Positions 1-13,055 of a stretch of DNA of 64,000 bases are shown in pieces. Position 1 is the stretch's first letter, and each line of letters starts with the position of its first letter. The notes beneath the pieces are model-generated. The model was not told the origin of the DNA. It worked only from the letters and a program-made list of their open reading frames with translations, and made no database searches. Source of the DNA: Octopus sinensis (taxonomy: Eukaryota); contig NC_043005.1 in NCBI RefSeq assembly GCF_006345805.1, forward strand, positions 97,650,001 through 97,714,000. Reading direction: 5' to 3'. The translations under genes were made by a program, and so were the position numbers.

Positions 1-1226
1 GACAAACAGCTTTAAGCTGTGCTCTTCAACAGTTTTCACATTAAGATAAAAGAAACAAATATTTTTAAAGCATTAATAATATTTATCTAAGCTAATTATT
101 GAGAATACAGGTTCTAAACTACTGCTTGCAAGGTGTCATCAATTCAAGTCATTGAGTTACCTCACTGAGTTGGTCACATTATTTGCCACAATATGAATGG
201 CTCTCAATATGCACCACTCCTATATTCCACAACTGGTTAAGGATATCACCATTGTTTTCATGTCTACTTTTCCATGTTGGGCAAGCAATGGTTTTCAAGC
301 AATGGTTCATGGCTGGATGCCTTTCCTGATGCCAGCCCTTTTAGTAATCACTTATGACAATGCAGGGATACAGCATACCTATTTCAAAAACCAAAACACA
401 CTGGATACACAAAGAGAATTAAAAATACTTAGTAACCATATCAACATGAATCTAAAAAAATATTTTAACTCTTAATATCCTGCTAAAAAATTTCTAAGAA
501 GCTCAGTAACGACAGAGCAGAAAAATATAATCACAAACGAAAAAGTTAGTATATTCAAATGTTTATAATGTATTTATTAGTGGTTAGATTATGATGGAAA
601 TTGATAGTATTGCAGAAAGGTCTTAAGTTTTTCAACGTAAACAATCATTTTTGCTAAAAATAAATGCTGCACATATATGATAGTTCATTTATAACTTTGA
701 ATTAAATATATATACACTCAAGAAAGGTGATAAAAAAAGAAAAGTTGTTAGTAAATAAATTAAATGCAATTATTAACAGGCATGGGCACATAGGCCTCAC
801 AATAATATATATAAACAAAACACCAATATTTTTTTCTTGACATTTTTTCATTATGAAATTTACAGATAAGCTGAGTTACACCTTTCAGATACAACTTACT
901 TGTGTGTATGAAAGTTTTGTTTAAAAAAAAAAAATCCAAAAATAAATTGTAAAAGTCCCATAACATGTGGATTTTGATAGAAAACATTACTAAGTGTGTA
1001 TTTAAAATAGTAGGAAGGGATTCAAGTTTTCTCCCTTAGTTTAGAGAGAGTTCATAATTTCCTTTAAAACAATTACAAAGAAGATTCAAGTAGTTTCATG
1101 GGTTCAGAACAGAGATTCGTGTCCTGTTGGACAGATACATGGCATACAAGATGTTAAGGGTTAATCTATGTTAGAAAAGCCAATAAAAATAACTAAAAAT
1201 GTTCTTTGAATTACAATAATTTGTAA

Positions 1227-1562
1227 GTGACAGTCCCGTAAAGGGAATCACACCACCGCTATTTAGCCCTAGGAAGCATCGACGCTTCCTGACGGCTTTG
1301 ACACATTTCTTGTGCCCTTATATTTGCGAAGGGGAGACAAGCACCCCCACCAGCTAGGCCTAGCAGGCCTTGCTACCCTAAACTGATGACGAGCAAGACC
1401 CAGAAACATGCATGTTTTCAGGTGTGAATCCTAGCTGGTGGGGGTGCTTGTCTCCCCCTTCGCAAATATAAGGGCACAGGAAATGTGTCAAAGCCGACAG
1501 GAAGTGTCGATGCTTCCTAGGGCTAAATAGTGGTGGTGTGATTCCCTTTATGGGACTGTCAC
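1227..1562. mobile_element. Foldback element: ~132-bp inverted arms (1227-1358 / 1430-1562) around a 71-bp spacer containing a hammerhead-like motif
   Basis: GTGACAGTCCCGTAAAGGGAATC...CCAGCTAGG matches the reverse complement of CCTAGCTGG...GATTCCCTTTATGGGACTGTCAC with few mismatches. No clear TSD. Confidence 0.9.
1376..1422 (+). ncRNA. Degenerate minimal type I hammerhead-like motif
   Basis: CTGATGA (1383-1389), decayed stem II CGAG-caaga-CCCA, GAAA (1403-1406), palindromic stem III AAACATGCATGTTT, stem I CCTAAA/TTCAGG with 5 of 6 pairs. Confidence 0.55.
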
Positions 1563-2018
1563 GTTAAGTTGACAGTATACAACTGCTCTATCGTTCCACC
1601 ACCGCTCATATCTCTGAGATATTTAGAAATTTAATATTTCTAAATTTGTAAGTATTTTCTCAGTACTGGAAGAAGTTCTAATAGAGGCCTAAAGACTGAA
1701 ATTTAGGGAGACTCCAGTATACTTTAAGAATGTGAAAATAAAAACTTGTGAATATTTTAAATCAGTTTCTTTTGCAGCACTTCATGCATTTTTTCTTGAA
1801 TTTTTTTTTCTATCTAAATATTGACATTATATAATGCTTGAAATGAATATCTTAATATATATAACCTATACAGTACTGCACTAATTCAGCTGTTTCTTTG
1901 TAGATTGAAAAAAGAAATGACAAACAACTAACCAATTTTTGAATCTTATTGGGTTCTCATCATAGGCATCTACATTGGTTTGACCAATACCAGAGAAACA
2001 AGCAACCAATTTGTTTAA

Positions 2019-2238
2019 CCCTTTAGCATTGAAACCGGCCATATCCGGCCTAAATATTTTACCCCCTATTTGTTCAAAACCAGTCAGATCCAGCCTCTTA
2101 CCCTATCCTAAAATATTATTCCCAAAGTAAAGAGTCACATCGCAGAAATCTCACAGCTATGAGATAATGCAGGATTAATTCAATGCAATGTGAATAAACA
2201 AGCATCACATTTAGTAGAATAATGTGAATACTAAAGGG
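2019..2238. mobile_element. piggyBac-type MITE
   Basis: TTAA|CCCTTTAGCATT ... AATACTAAAGGG|TTGA: short TIRs, right TTAA target site mutated. Confidence 0.75.
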
Positions 2239-3329
2239 TTGAATACTCAAAAATTACAGTAGGTACAGAAAACTGAAGGAAACACTTGCATAAAACGGTT
2301 CTGCCTTCAACAGAGATGTCACAAGCCAGGAGAGTACATCTTGTGGATTTATCTTAACTTACTAGTCATATAGTAAGATCAGTGGGAGGCTGACCTTACA
2401 GGCTTCATCAAACATATTTGATTAAATTAAATGCCAAAACGAAATTAAAAGTGGAGGAAAAGGAAGATTGTACATCACTTTATACATCTCTATTTCTTTC
2501 ATTTTTGGAAAACAAGCAGATTAAAGAAACTTCATAGAATTACTTTAGAGAAAGAAATTTATTTATTATAACAATGTTTTCATCTTTTTCTTTTGAAAAC
2601 TTATTCATTATCTTAAATGTCTAATAAGAAAAATTTTCAACAGTTCAAATGTTTCTGACTGGCAGACTAACCAAAGTCCAATTCCAAAAATAAATCTGTT
2701 AATGTCAGCTGGAAGATCCAAATAACATAAAGCAATTAAATACAAACATAACAAACAAGAACTATTTTGTAAAACCAATTACAATTAGAAAATTCTTGTG
2801 AAAAACAAAACAAAAACAGATTCACTTTAATTTTAGTATACTCTGAGAATGATTTTCAAAGAAAAATATGGGTGAGAAGAAGGAATTTCAGAGGATGGCA
2901 GTTATGGAGAAAAATGAATTGTATGGGGAACAAAAAACAGTAGGGACAATGAGAGGAGAGGCAAATGTGAGAGATGTGTTACATAGCTTTTTCATTCAGT
3001 GAAACATGATCCAGAAACAAAACAACATACCTATGGGCTAGTGATTGTCGAAAAGTAAATGTAAATGGCCTTTAGGGTGTGGCCTATGAGACATACATGT
3101 ATAAGTAGCAGCACCATCCTAGACATGTGAGATGTCAAGTAGAGTTAGCAACTCACCAGAAGTGAAATATTTCTGCCTCTAGTCATAGAAAATCTACCTC
3201 AGTAAACTCTGCCCAGCCCATGCAAGCATGGAAAAGTAAATGTTAAACAATGATGATTAAGTATGGTAAGGTATATTGGGAGTGGAGTATCCAACATTTC
3301 AGACAGTCCTTTTTAAACTATCCAAATGA

Positions 3330-3535
3330 TGTATGCAGCACAAAGTTTTGTCAGTGAACAGGTCGCAGTCTCAAAGCGATGAAAATATTCTGACAAATTA
3401 AATTTAAATGTTGAAGTGAATCTAATGGTTTTTGTGTATTTCTTAAGTGGCTTATAAGCACCTTCCACGCTGCAATTGTTTTCGTTCCAGCACACGATCT
3501 CAGATCAAGTCACTCGCTATGCAAGTACATCTCCA
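3330..3535 (+). mobile_element. Short interspersed repeat (second copy at 37143-37317) with a hammerhead-like fold; probably Penelope-derived
   Basis: High similarity to 37143-37317. Fold: TTTGTCA-GTGAACA-G-GTCGC..GCGAT-GAAA-ATAT-TC-TGACAAA. Confidence 0.65.
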
Positions 3536-4439
3536 AACTAAACCTGTGCCAATATCTTGCAATATTTGAAGAAATTATCAATTCATCTAAACTTGGATAT
3601 TTTGACCAAATTGCTATATCACACACACATATGTATGTACGTATACATGTTTATGTGTACATATACACACAAACGCACACATAAATGATCAAAATTGCTA
3701 AATCAGGCAGTAAAGTGAAAGAGAAAAAAAAAAAAGATCACTGTCCAATTTTCTACTGAGATATTTAATACTGTCTTTGAGTATATCACCAGAGTTGATT
3801 CCAAGGATGTAAGAGAGAGGTGGGGAGCTGTTAAAAAATTGATTGCAATACCTGATAAGTGTTAATGTTTTGTAAGGCGTTTTTCTTTGTACTACATTGT
3901 CATCCTAACTTGAATTTACAATTGTTTTACCGCTTTGTTAAAGTTGCAGACAGGTGTTAGATAATAATGGTTTGATATCGCTACCTTCTTTTATTCCCTT
4001 CTCAACGATTTTCACTCACCCCTTTAAAAGGTGGGGTAGCAATGTACCTTCTCTACAGCAAGACAGCTCTGCTTGTACCTGTATTAAACTTTAGCCTTTC
4101 AACACTTGCTATGAAGCTGCCTTCACCTCTCAAATACTTTATGCTCTCCATCACTTAGAAGCAAGAGCTTTTTCCTCTGGCCCATTCTTTTTTCTTTTCT
4201 GTGTAGCCAAGTTACTCAACAACCACACTAGTGCCAGTAGCATGAAAAAAAGCACTCAGTAGACAATGTAATGTGGTCTGCATTAGAAAGGGGATCCAGC
4301 TATAGAAACTATGCCAAAGCCAACACAGGAAGTTGGCACGGCCGTGTAGCTTACTTGATCTTGTCAAACCATCCAACCCATGCCAATATGGAAAACAGAC
4401 ATTAAATGATGATAATCTAGCTAACCGGTTCTGACACCT

Positions 4440-4800
4440 TTCTGCTTACTCAGTATTAGGTATCTTGCCAGCAAGTATCACATACTACTACCCATTCCTA
4501 AATCACAACAGTCTTCCCTGGACAGACCATTCTGTCCATGTATTCAAAATAGTATGGGCCATTTCTGATACATAGACTTTTTGCGAGTTTTATTTGCCTT
4601 CCATAATACCTCCAGTGTATATATATGTCTCTTCAGAACATACAATACAATGTGGAAGACAGAGAGCTTTTGGCCAGAGTGTCCTCACTTCTTCAAAGTC
4701 TGTCATGTTTCCCTTATTGCAAACATCCTGTAATGGTTGCAGCATTTCTCAAGTTAATTCTAACAAATTAATCATGTCTTGACACTGTCCTTATCCTATC
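4440..4800 (-). mobile_element. Decayed RTE-like LINE, ORF2 C-terminal fragment
   Basis: Minus-strand translation with stops resembles the RTE C-terminal region. Confidence 0.5.
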
Positions 4801-5369
4801 TTTGTTCACAATTAGAATGGCGAGATGATCTGATGATAATAAGATATCACATTGAAAGAAAATGCACTATGAGAGACAATCACAAAATGTCTTGTGATTC
4901 TAACTTTTCTTGAAATACTTTGTTTTATTGGTTCATACATTGTCGCCATGGAAATTTTTGATACACACCATGAATGAAACATATGTAGTTGTCTGCCCTT
5001 AGGTAGATCCTATGCATGTGAACCTTCCCCAGCACTCTATACAACTTGGGAGGACCAGTACTCCTACCTGCCATTGCTATGTAGACTACTAGAACTTTGT
5101 CTACCATGACTAGACTTGGGATCAACACTAGAGTGGTTTCCTGTTACCTTCTCCAGGCAGGTGAGATTCAACTCAGAACTTAGAGAGCTGGTAGCTATAC
5201 ATTAAAGCATTTCTGCTGACATGCCAACAATTCTGCCTCTCTCTCTGACCAGCAGAATAATGATGCTCAACAAAACACACTGCCTGGTCCAAGAATTGAA
5301 CCTAAGATTTAGCAACCATGAGTGCAGCACCATAACCACTCAGTCACACACTTTCACAATACACACATA

Positions 5370-5712
5370 TTTATCTACAGTGGGACTGAACATGGTTTGA
5401 GGTTCAATCCCACTGTGTGGCACATTGGGCAAATGTCTTCTACTATAACTAGAAATGGATTTAATAGATGGAAATTGAAAGAAGCCTGTTGTAAATAACC
5501 ATATGTAGCTTTGTGTTTGTCCCCCACCACTACTTGACAACCAGTGTTGGTTTGATTATATCCCCATAACTTAGCACATAAGCAAATGAGATTGATACAA
5601 TAAGCATCAGGTTTAAAAAATAAGCATTGGAGTTGATATTGTTCAATTAACCCACTGAAGGTGGAGCCCCAGAAATGGCAGCAGTCCAACAATTGAAACA
5701 AGTAAAAAACAA
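5370..5712 (+). mobile_element. tRNA-derived SINE of CORE/OR type (other copies ~20480-20830+, 47020-47360-, 51820-52170+, 53535-53900+, plus fragments)
   Basis: B-box-like GGTTCAATCCC followed by TTGGGCAAATGTCTTCTACTATA...GGAAATTGAAAGAAG...GAAACAAGTAAAA, conserved across copies. Confidence 0.8.
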
Positions 5713-5867
5713 AAAACGACATCCATTACACTCTTGGAGTGGTTGGCATTAGGAAGGGCATCTAGCCATAGAAACCATGCCAGCATGGAAAGCAGATGCT
5801 AAATGATGATTGCTCTACCTTAATGCTTGTTGTCCTCTTTAGTAATCGTGTGTATGTATATATATAT

Positions 5868-7195
5868 CATCATCATCATCATCATCATCATTTAACGTCC
5901 GCTTTCCATGCTAGCATGGGTTGGACGGTTCAACTGGGGTCTGGGGAGCCCGAAAGCTGCACCAGTCCAGTCAGATCTGGCAGTGTTTCTACAGCTGGAT
6001 GCCCTTCCTAACGCCAACCACTCCGAGAGGTAGTGGGTGATTTATGTGCCACCGACACAGGTGCCAGACGAGGCTGGCAAACGGCCACGCTCGGATGTGT
6101 TTTTTATGTGCCACCGACACAGGTGCCAGACGAGGCTGGCAGACGGCCACGCTCGGATGGTGTTTTTATGTGCCACCGACACAGGTGCCAGACGAGGCTG
6201 GCAGACGGCCATGCTCGGATGGTGTTTTTATGTGCCACCGACACAGGTGCCAGATGAGGCTGGCAAACGCCACGATCGGATGGTGCTTGTTACGTGCCCA
6301 CAGCACGGAGGCCAGTCGATGCGGTACTGGCTACGGCCACGTTCGGATGGTTTTCTTATGTGCCCCGTGCCACCGGCACTGGTACCACAAAGATACAAAT
6401 TCCATTGATGTTCATCTATTTTGATTTGTTTTGATTTTCACTTGCCTCAGCAGGTCTTCACAAGTGTCACAAGAAGGAAGGTATGCACAGGTGGACTGAC
6501 TACGTCCCAAGTAGGGGCCATGGGTTATGGCCTGACTAGTCTTGCCGGGTCTTCGGATGGTGTTTTTATGTGCCACCGACACAGGTGCTAGATGAGGCTG
6601 GCGAACGGCCACGATCAGATGGTGTTTGTCATGTGCCCACCGCACTGACTACAGCACTGATGGATTTCTTGTGTGCCACAGGCACTGGTACCACAAGATA
6701 CAAATTCCATTGATGTTCATCTATTTTGTCTATTTTGATTTGATTTGATTTCACTTGCCTCAACCGGTCTTCACAAGTGTCACAAGAAGGAAGGTATGCA
6801 CAGGTGGACTGACTAGTCTTGCCGGGTCTTCGGATGGTGTTTTTATGTGCCACCGACACAGGTGCCAGATGAGGCTGGCGAACGGCCATGATCGGATGGT
6901 GTTTGTTACGTGCCCACAGCACGGAGGCCGGTCGATGCGGAACTGGCTACGGCCACGTTCGGATGGTTCTCTTGTGTGCCACCGGCACTGGTACCACAAA
7001 GATACAGATTCCATTGATGTTCATCTATTTGATTTGTTTTGATTTTCACTTGCCTCAACAGGTCTTCACAAGTGTCACAAGAAGGAAGGCATGCACAGGT
7101 GGACTGACTACGTCCCAGGTAGGGGCCATGGGTTATGGCCTGACTAGTCTTGCCGGGTCTTCGGATGGTGTTTTTATGTGCCACCGACACAGGTG
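5868..7195 (-). repeat. RTE-derived composite: (GAT)n tail, LINE 3' end, three 62-bp repeats, then three ~277-338-bp tandem units and a partial unit
   Basis: 62-bp units start at 6046, 6108, 6170. Large units start at 6232, 6570, 6847 and 7178 (partial). Unit shares sequence with the RTE ORF2 end and 3' UTR at 19650-19800. Confidence 0.9.
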
Positions 7196-7989
7196 ATATA
7201 TATATATATATGTACTTCTCGAGAAGTGGACTACATGATGTGATACATCATCAGGCAAACCACACAACTAAAGAAAAAATTTCAAGGTACTTTTTCATTG
7301 GCACTCTATTCAAGAAGTCCCATGGGCCAGTTTAATCATAACCGATATAAACCTTGTTCCCCACCCACACACACAATAGGCATCATGCAGTTTCAAACCA
7401 AATTCTCTCACATGGTATTGATTGATCCAGTGATACAGTAGAAGACACTCAAAGCCAAACATATTAACCACACAGCCATGCCATTATATATATATATATT
7501 GTTAGTCAGTTTCCTAATCAACGGACTAACAATAGAGGAATGAAACTGAACCAGTGCACGTGTTTATTATTATTGGTGTAATGACCTTCCCTATGCATAA
7601 GCACATATTTAGCCTAGTTCAAGCCTATATGTTTGAAGTTTTACAAACTGATTTCTTTTAGAAATAAAATTATCAAAAAGTATTCAGTCCATATTTATTT
7701 CACTAAATTACCAGTTTATTACTAAAATTTCTTCAAAAACAGACATGAAGACGTTTATCAAAAAAATTGTGACAAAAGAAAATTGAAAGAGAATAAACAT
7801 ATTCAAGATAAGTTAGTGACAAAAACACAGGAACATATATGAACTTTGGCAGCCAGTTTTAACAAGAATTTGAAATGGAAAATGAAATGATATAGTGCTT
7901 TAGCATTATAATTTACTATTAATGAAATAACCAGAAAGATAGGAAGTTGATACAGAATAGAATAGCATGGTAGGTAGTCTTAAAAGTTA

Positions 7990-9430
7990 AAAGAAAGGCC
8001 TAAAGACAGGCCTGGAAAGAATATAAATGGAGATCATGGAATAATGTCAGGTAGCTAATACTTAGGACAAAAGAGAAAATGGAAATTAAGAGGTTTAACA
8101 ATGTTCAGTGATATTAGAATCAGAAACAAGAGGTGTTTTGGATTGCAGAACAATTTATCACCATGAATTAGGATATCACTGGTGAAAAAAAATATATATA
8201 TAATGACTGCAGTGTACTTGCCCTCCTAAGCCAAAAGAAACAAAACATGGAAATGCTGTCACTGAATGAGAAAGAATAGGGAAGATAGACTGCCTGAAGA
8301 CCAGCTAATTGGATCAATAGTTACATAACCAATATAACTTTTAGGACATACAGTTAAGAAATAAGAAAAGCATCTGGACCATCATGGGCAGATGATGAGA
8401 TGCTGAAAATACCAGACTACATTGGACACACTTGCATAGCAGTTTTATTGCTAAGTACCACAAGACCAAAGAAAATTAACTAGAACAAAGCATATAAAGA
8501 GGCATCAAACTGACAGAACAACTTAAGTAACAGCAAGTGTTACAGCACAACTAGTTAAGAAAATGAACCTAGATGAGGCAGTTTGGGTTTGTGTCAGGAT
8601 GAAGTACCACAGATGCACCTTTCCTAGTGAGACAAGACATTCTTAACAAACATGCAAGCCACTATACCTTTTTAACAAGGTACAACACTATAGTTTGATG
8701 GTTGTAATGCAAAGAGACACTGCCAGTAAGGTGAAAGTAACAGAAACTTCAGTGAGGAATTTAGCATGAAGATAGTTATCCATCAACGTTTTTAGCTTTC
8801 AGCCTGTTCCTGTTTATTATATATCTCTAAGCTACAACAGAAGCTTAAGACCAGGTGTCCATGAGATCTTCAATATGCTGATGACTTATTGAACCTTTTG
8901 AACAAATCCAATTATGGAAGCAAAACCAGAATCAAGCATTCTGAAATAAACCTAGCAAAGAGAAAATATCTAGCTGCATGAAAAAAAGGTAGGTCTTCTC
9001 TCTAATTAGTTGTAGAAGAGAATGTTCCAAAAACATTGTAGCCAGAGCAAGAATCTAGTAGAAAAAGATTAGGAGATTATTACTTCAGCTTGCAACAATG
9101 GAATTTACTCTCTGAAGTAAAAGGCTGTGTAATGCATGTGTACAAAGTATAATGTTGTATGGTAGTGAAACAGGATTAATGAATGCAGAGAAATGAAGCA
9201 AGCATGATCTGCTAGAAGTGAATATTAGTGTGATACTCTCTTGTAGTATGAAAAAGATGGTTCAGCAATTTCTTGCTGAACCACCTGTACAAGTGATTTG
9301 TGTGTACCTGATATCAAAGAACTGAGGCGGGAAACAAGACAAAGGACTGTAGTGGATGAGACATTGAGACCTAGCCAACCTGTGCCAATGGGGATTATAA
9401 AATAATGGTAATGATGTTATGTGTGTGAGA
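7990..9430 (+). mobile_element. Highly decayed RTE LINE (RT domain remnants)
   Basis: Motif QFGFVSG*STTDAPFLVRQ near 8575-8640 and an LYGSET-like segment near 9150. Confidence 0.7.
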
Positions 9431-12400
9431 GTAATAAAGAACAAGCTGCTATAGGCTGCATTGCAGACTTCCCATTGAGTTAGGCAGTGACACTAAAATG
9501 AGAATTGATACAGAGTAGAGAGGAATCCAAAGTTTTTTTGCTATAGGTAACATCTCAAATGCTGGTGACAATATAATATATTGCAAGACATGCACAACAA
9601 AAATTGACAGGTTTTCTTTGTTGATGAATGTGTTATAGGACATAGCAACAAATAACTGGAAATAAATGATGATGACCAATTGAAATAAAAAACAATTTAT
9701 AATTGTTATCAATAACTTTTGGCATGTAATATTAGTATAACAGCTAAGTTCAGTAAATCTTTTAACATCTAAGTTCAGTAATTTTTTTTTCAAGTACATA
9801 TTTTGAAAAATGACACTTCAAGTTACAAGAAACAAAGTTGAAAGTTTTTTTTCCGAATCTTGAAAATATTGAGAGAAAACTGTTTCACTTTTAACCTAAT
9901 TGACAAATATTAGTCAACAAAAGTGACTACAAGACTGAAGACAACAGAGAAAGTAAACAAAAGAAATTTACAACATACTGAAAATATCTGAGTTTTCAGG
10001 ATCAAAATTATGACCTACACAAAATCTAGATGGAGATAAGATAGAGATAACTTTTTTTAAATGTACTTTACCCTATTAATTTGTGTAAGATTATATTTTC
10101 ATCGTATAAATACATCAGCATATCCCACAAGAATGATCCTGGATATGACAATCATAGATACATTGCTAGACATTTTAAGTAACCAACATATGGAAGTTTC
10201 CATTGTTTGGAGTTATCATTGGTGGTTGTAATTTAAACAGTACACATCACTAAAATTAGGAAGATGAAAATATTCTTTAAGTGTATTTAAAAATTTCTTG
10301 TCATAATTTTACATAAATTTTGAGGAAAGAGTATATTAAAAAAAAAAGATTAAATGGTCTTATTTCATTTCAAATTTTGTATGAATCCTAGTATTGGTCC
10401 TAGAAATTCAGAGATATTTTCAACATAGTGTAAATCTCTCCGTTTGTTTACATCTATGCAATTTTCTTTGTTGCCTTTAATAAGGCATCAGAAGTACCAA
10501 TAATGCCAGCATTATCTGCGCTAAAATTGAAGCAATTTTTCTTTCAATATTTTCAAAATCCAGTGTGTGTGTGTGTGTGTGTGAGAGAGTGAGAGAGAGA
10601 GAGAGACCCTTCAAATTTTCTTTTCCAACTAGTAGAGAGATATGAAAGCTTGGGGCAATGTTGATTCCCACAAAAACTGACTTGGGAGTCTAATACATTT
10701 CTGAAGTAAACTTCAACAACATGGTCATAACTGACAATATATTTAAACTATGTTCATTTTTTTCTTCTCTGAACCTATTCTTAAAATTTAGGAAAAAGGA
10801 ACAATATGGGCCAATAGACAGAACCTCTGATTGCTACATTATAGCCTTAGTTATGTTAATGATTGTCAACTTTCAGAAAAGAAGGACCTATTCTAATCAA
10901 CAAATCAATCAACGATAATCTTACTTTTCACTTGGAGCATTCTTATTCCAATAGAATCATAACAAGAACCATTGTTTATAGTTTATCATCATTATGATAA
11001 GTAATGTTTGTTACTTAAATCTCCCTTGCCCTTCTTTCCTTCTTCATATGCTGTGCCTACAGACACTCAAAGGACCTCCATGCCAAATTCTGAAGATTCA
11101 GAAATTTTCGTGGGTAAGATACGGCAAAGGTTTCTTGTAACCCTCTGCTCGTTTATTTACAGTTTCTGCTAACAGACAGTAGCTTTCTCAAGATTAATGA
11201 TGAGGCATAGGACCTATTAAACATTAAGGCAAGAGAACTGGTTTTCATGACATTAGAACATGTTTATGCACTAAGCCTACATGACATGTCTAAGGAATCA
11301 ACCGTCCTCCAAGCTCTGTATAGCAGAGCCACAGGACCATCTCCTGCTATTTGACCCATAACAGGTACAACTGTGGGAAAGTAGATCTGGGAAGAGTTAT
11401 GACTGAAGGGTAAGCCCATACTTGCTAAAGCACTTGAATGCCTGAGATGGAGCTTCACCACTGGATGCAGTTTGTCTTGACCAAGACTACTTGCCAAAGT
11501 AGCTCCCTTAAAACACAAGAAATCCCTCTACACATACATAGTACTGTCAGACATGTTCACCAACAATAAGTAGCTACATAAAACCGAAATGTAGTACTGT
11601 ACAGAGTGAATAAAAAGAATCTGCAGCAATTGTCGTGGAATAGTCTTTGTGGATGTGTCATTAACATATTGTGAAAAAAGAGGAGTACAAATGAACTAGT
11701 TCTCAGTGAACGTAGTTTGATATTGACAAAGTGGGGAACTTGGGAAGTTAGTAGTTGAGTCAACCCTCACAAATGACCGAGATTTATAGAGGAATGCTTT
11801 TATTGCAGACCCATTCAATCCATATCAACAGGAAAATGTTAAAATATGATAAATGACTGTGTTCAGATTGTATGTAAGGAATGTAAAAGGATTCCCATCA
11901 GTTTCAACAAGGTGTATATGAGTTATTCAGTCAACAGAACCTGTTGGATTAACAAGAAGTGCTTAGTATGCCACAGACATGTGTGCCAATGATGTCTCTG
12001 GCAGAACCAACTTGAGAAGGCTGGATATTTGAATAACAGGTACAATTCATTGTATGGGCTTCCACATGTGTTTGTGTCTATTCAATTTCACACTGAGGGC
12101 TGAGCTGACCAGCAGCTTTAGTAAAAGACACCATAGGGTGCCATGCAGTGAGATTGCACCCGCAACTCCATGATAGTGAAACAAACTCATAAATCACTCC
12201 ACCATGCCTGTGTGCATTGGGGAATGCAACACCCACACACATATGCTATTGTGGTTGGTACAAGAATGCAAATTCCTGGTAAATACTTAAGAATTCTTAT
12301 TCAGAAGTAATATTTGTTAAAATAAAAACAAATTCAAATATCTGACATGGTTCCACAGTAGTACAGCAAGCAAAAGAAAGAATGGTTTATGAAAGGTCTT

Positions 12401-13055
12401 CACAGAATGTATCAAAAGACTAAAAGAATAATCATATTAACACTAAGCAATCCAGTAGATATTCTCCAAGTTTTTGTGGATGTGTCATATTTATGATGAA
12501 AAGATGAGTAGAAATGAACTAGGTGTCAGTGGATACTGACACCAAGTTCAATGATAGTATAATGACTATAAGATGTAAATAGTAAGGAAGCACTTCAAGA
12601 AATGATGCTATAAGTGCTTATGGAGAAGAAGGAAAAAGAAACCATGGGTCTTGAGGAAGATCATGCTAATGAGTCAAGTGGTAAGTCAGTAATGCAATGC
12701 TGTGAATAGGAAGGTTAGGAAGAAAGTGAGGAAAGCCAAAGAGGAATGGGTAGCAGACCAGTCCCAAATCATCAAAGCTGGAATAAAGAATAAATGAGGC
12801 TGCGTATGAAACCCTCAAAATTTTAAAAACCAAAGAAACACACCACCACTACCATTGAGGACAAAACAGGCCGGTTTCTCATGGATGAGAATGATGTCAT
12901 CAAAAGATGGTCCGAGTAATGCAAAGACCTTTACAATTACTAAGACATGATAGCAACGTCCTAGACAATTCCAACAACAATAGAAAACTGAGTAATACTC
13001 CAATTTTCCAGGCTCATAGATAAGAAACCCCTAGGAGTGGTCAATATCTCATTAA

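Noticed and set aside
6435-6460. CTGCTGAGGCAAGTGAAA / CTGTTGAGGCAAGTGAAA on the minus strand of each array unit as a hammerhead core (would make the arrays retrozymes)
   Set aside because: No credible stem II, III or I pairing, and the same words occur in the ordinary RTE 3' UTR near 19660.
6033-7335. Many overlapping Cys/His-rich ORFs in both arrays (also 56294-58419) that look like a repeat-protein family
   Set aside because: They are open in several frames and on both strands because the GC-richer repeat has few stops, and the sequence derives from an RTE 3' UTR.
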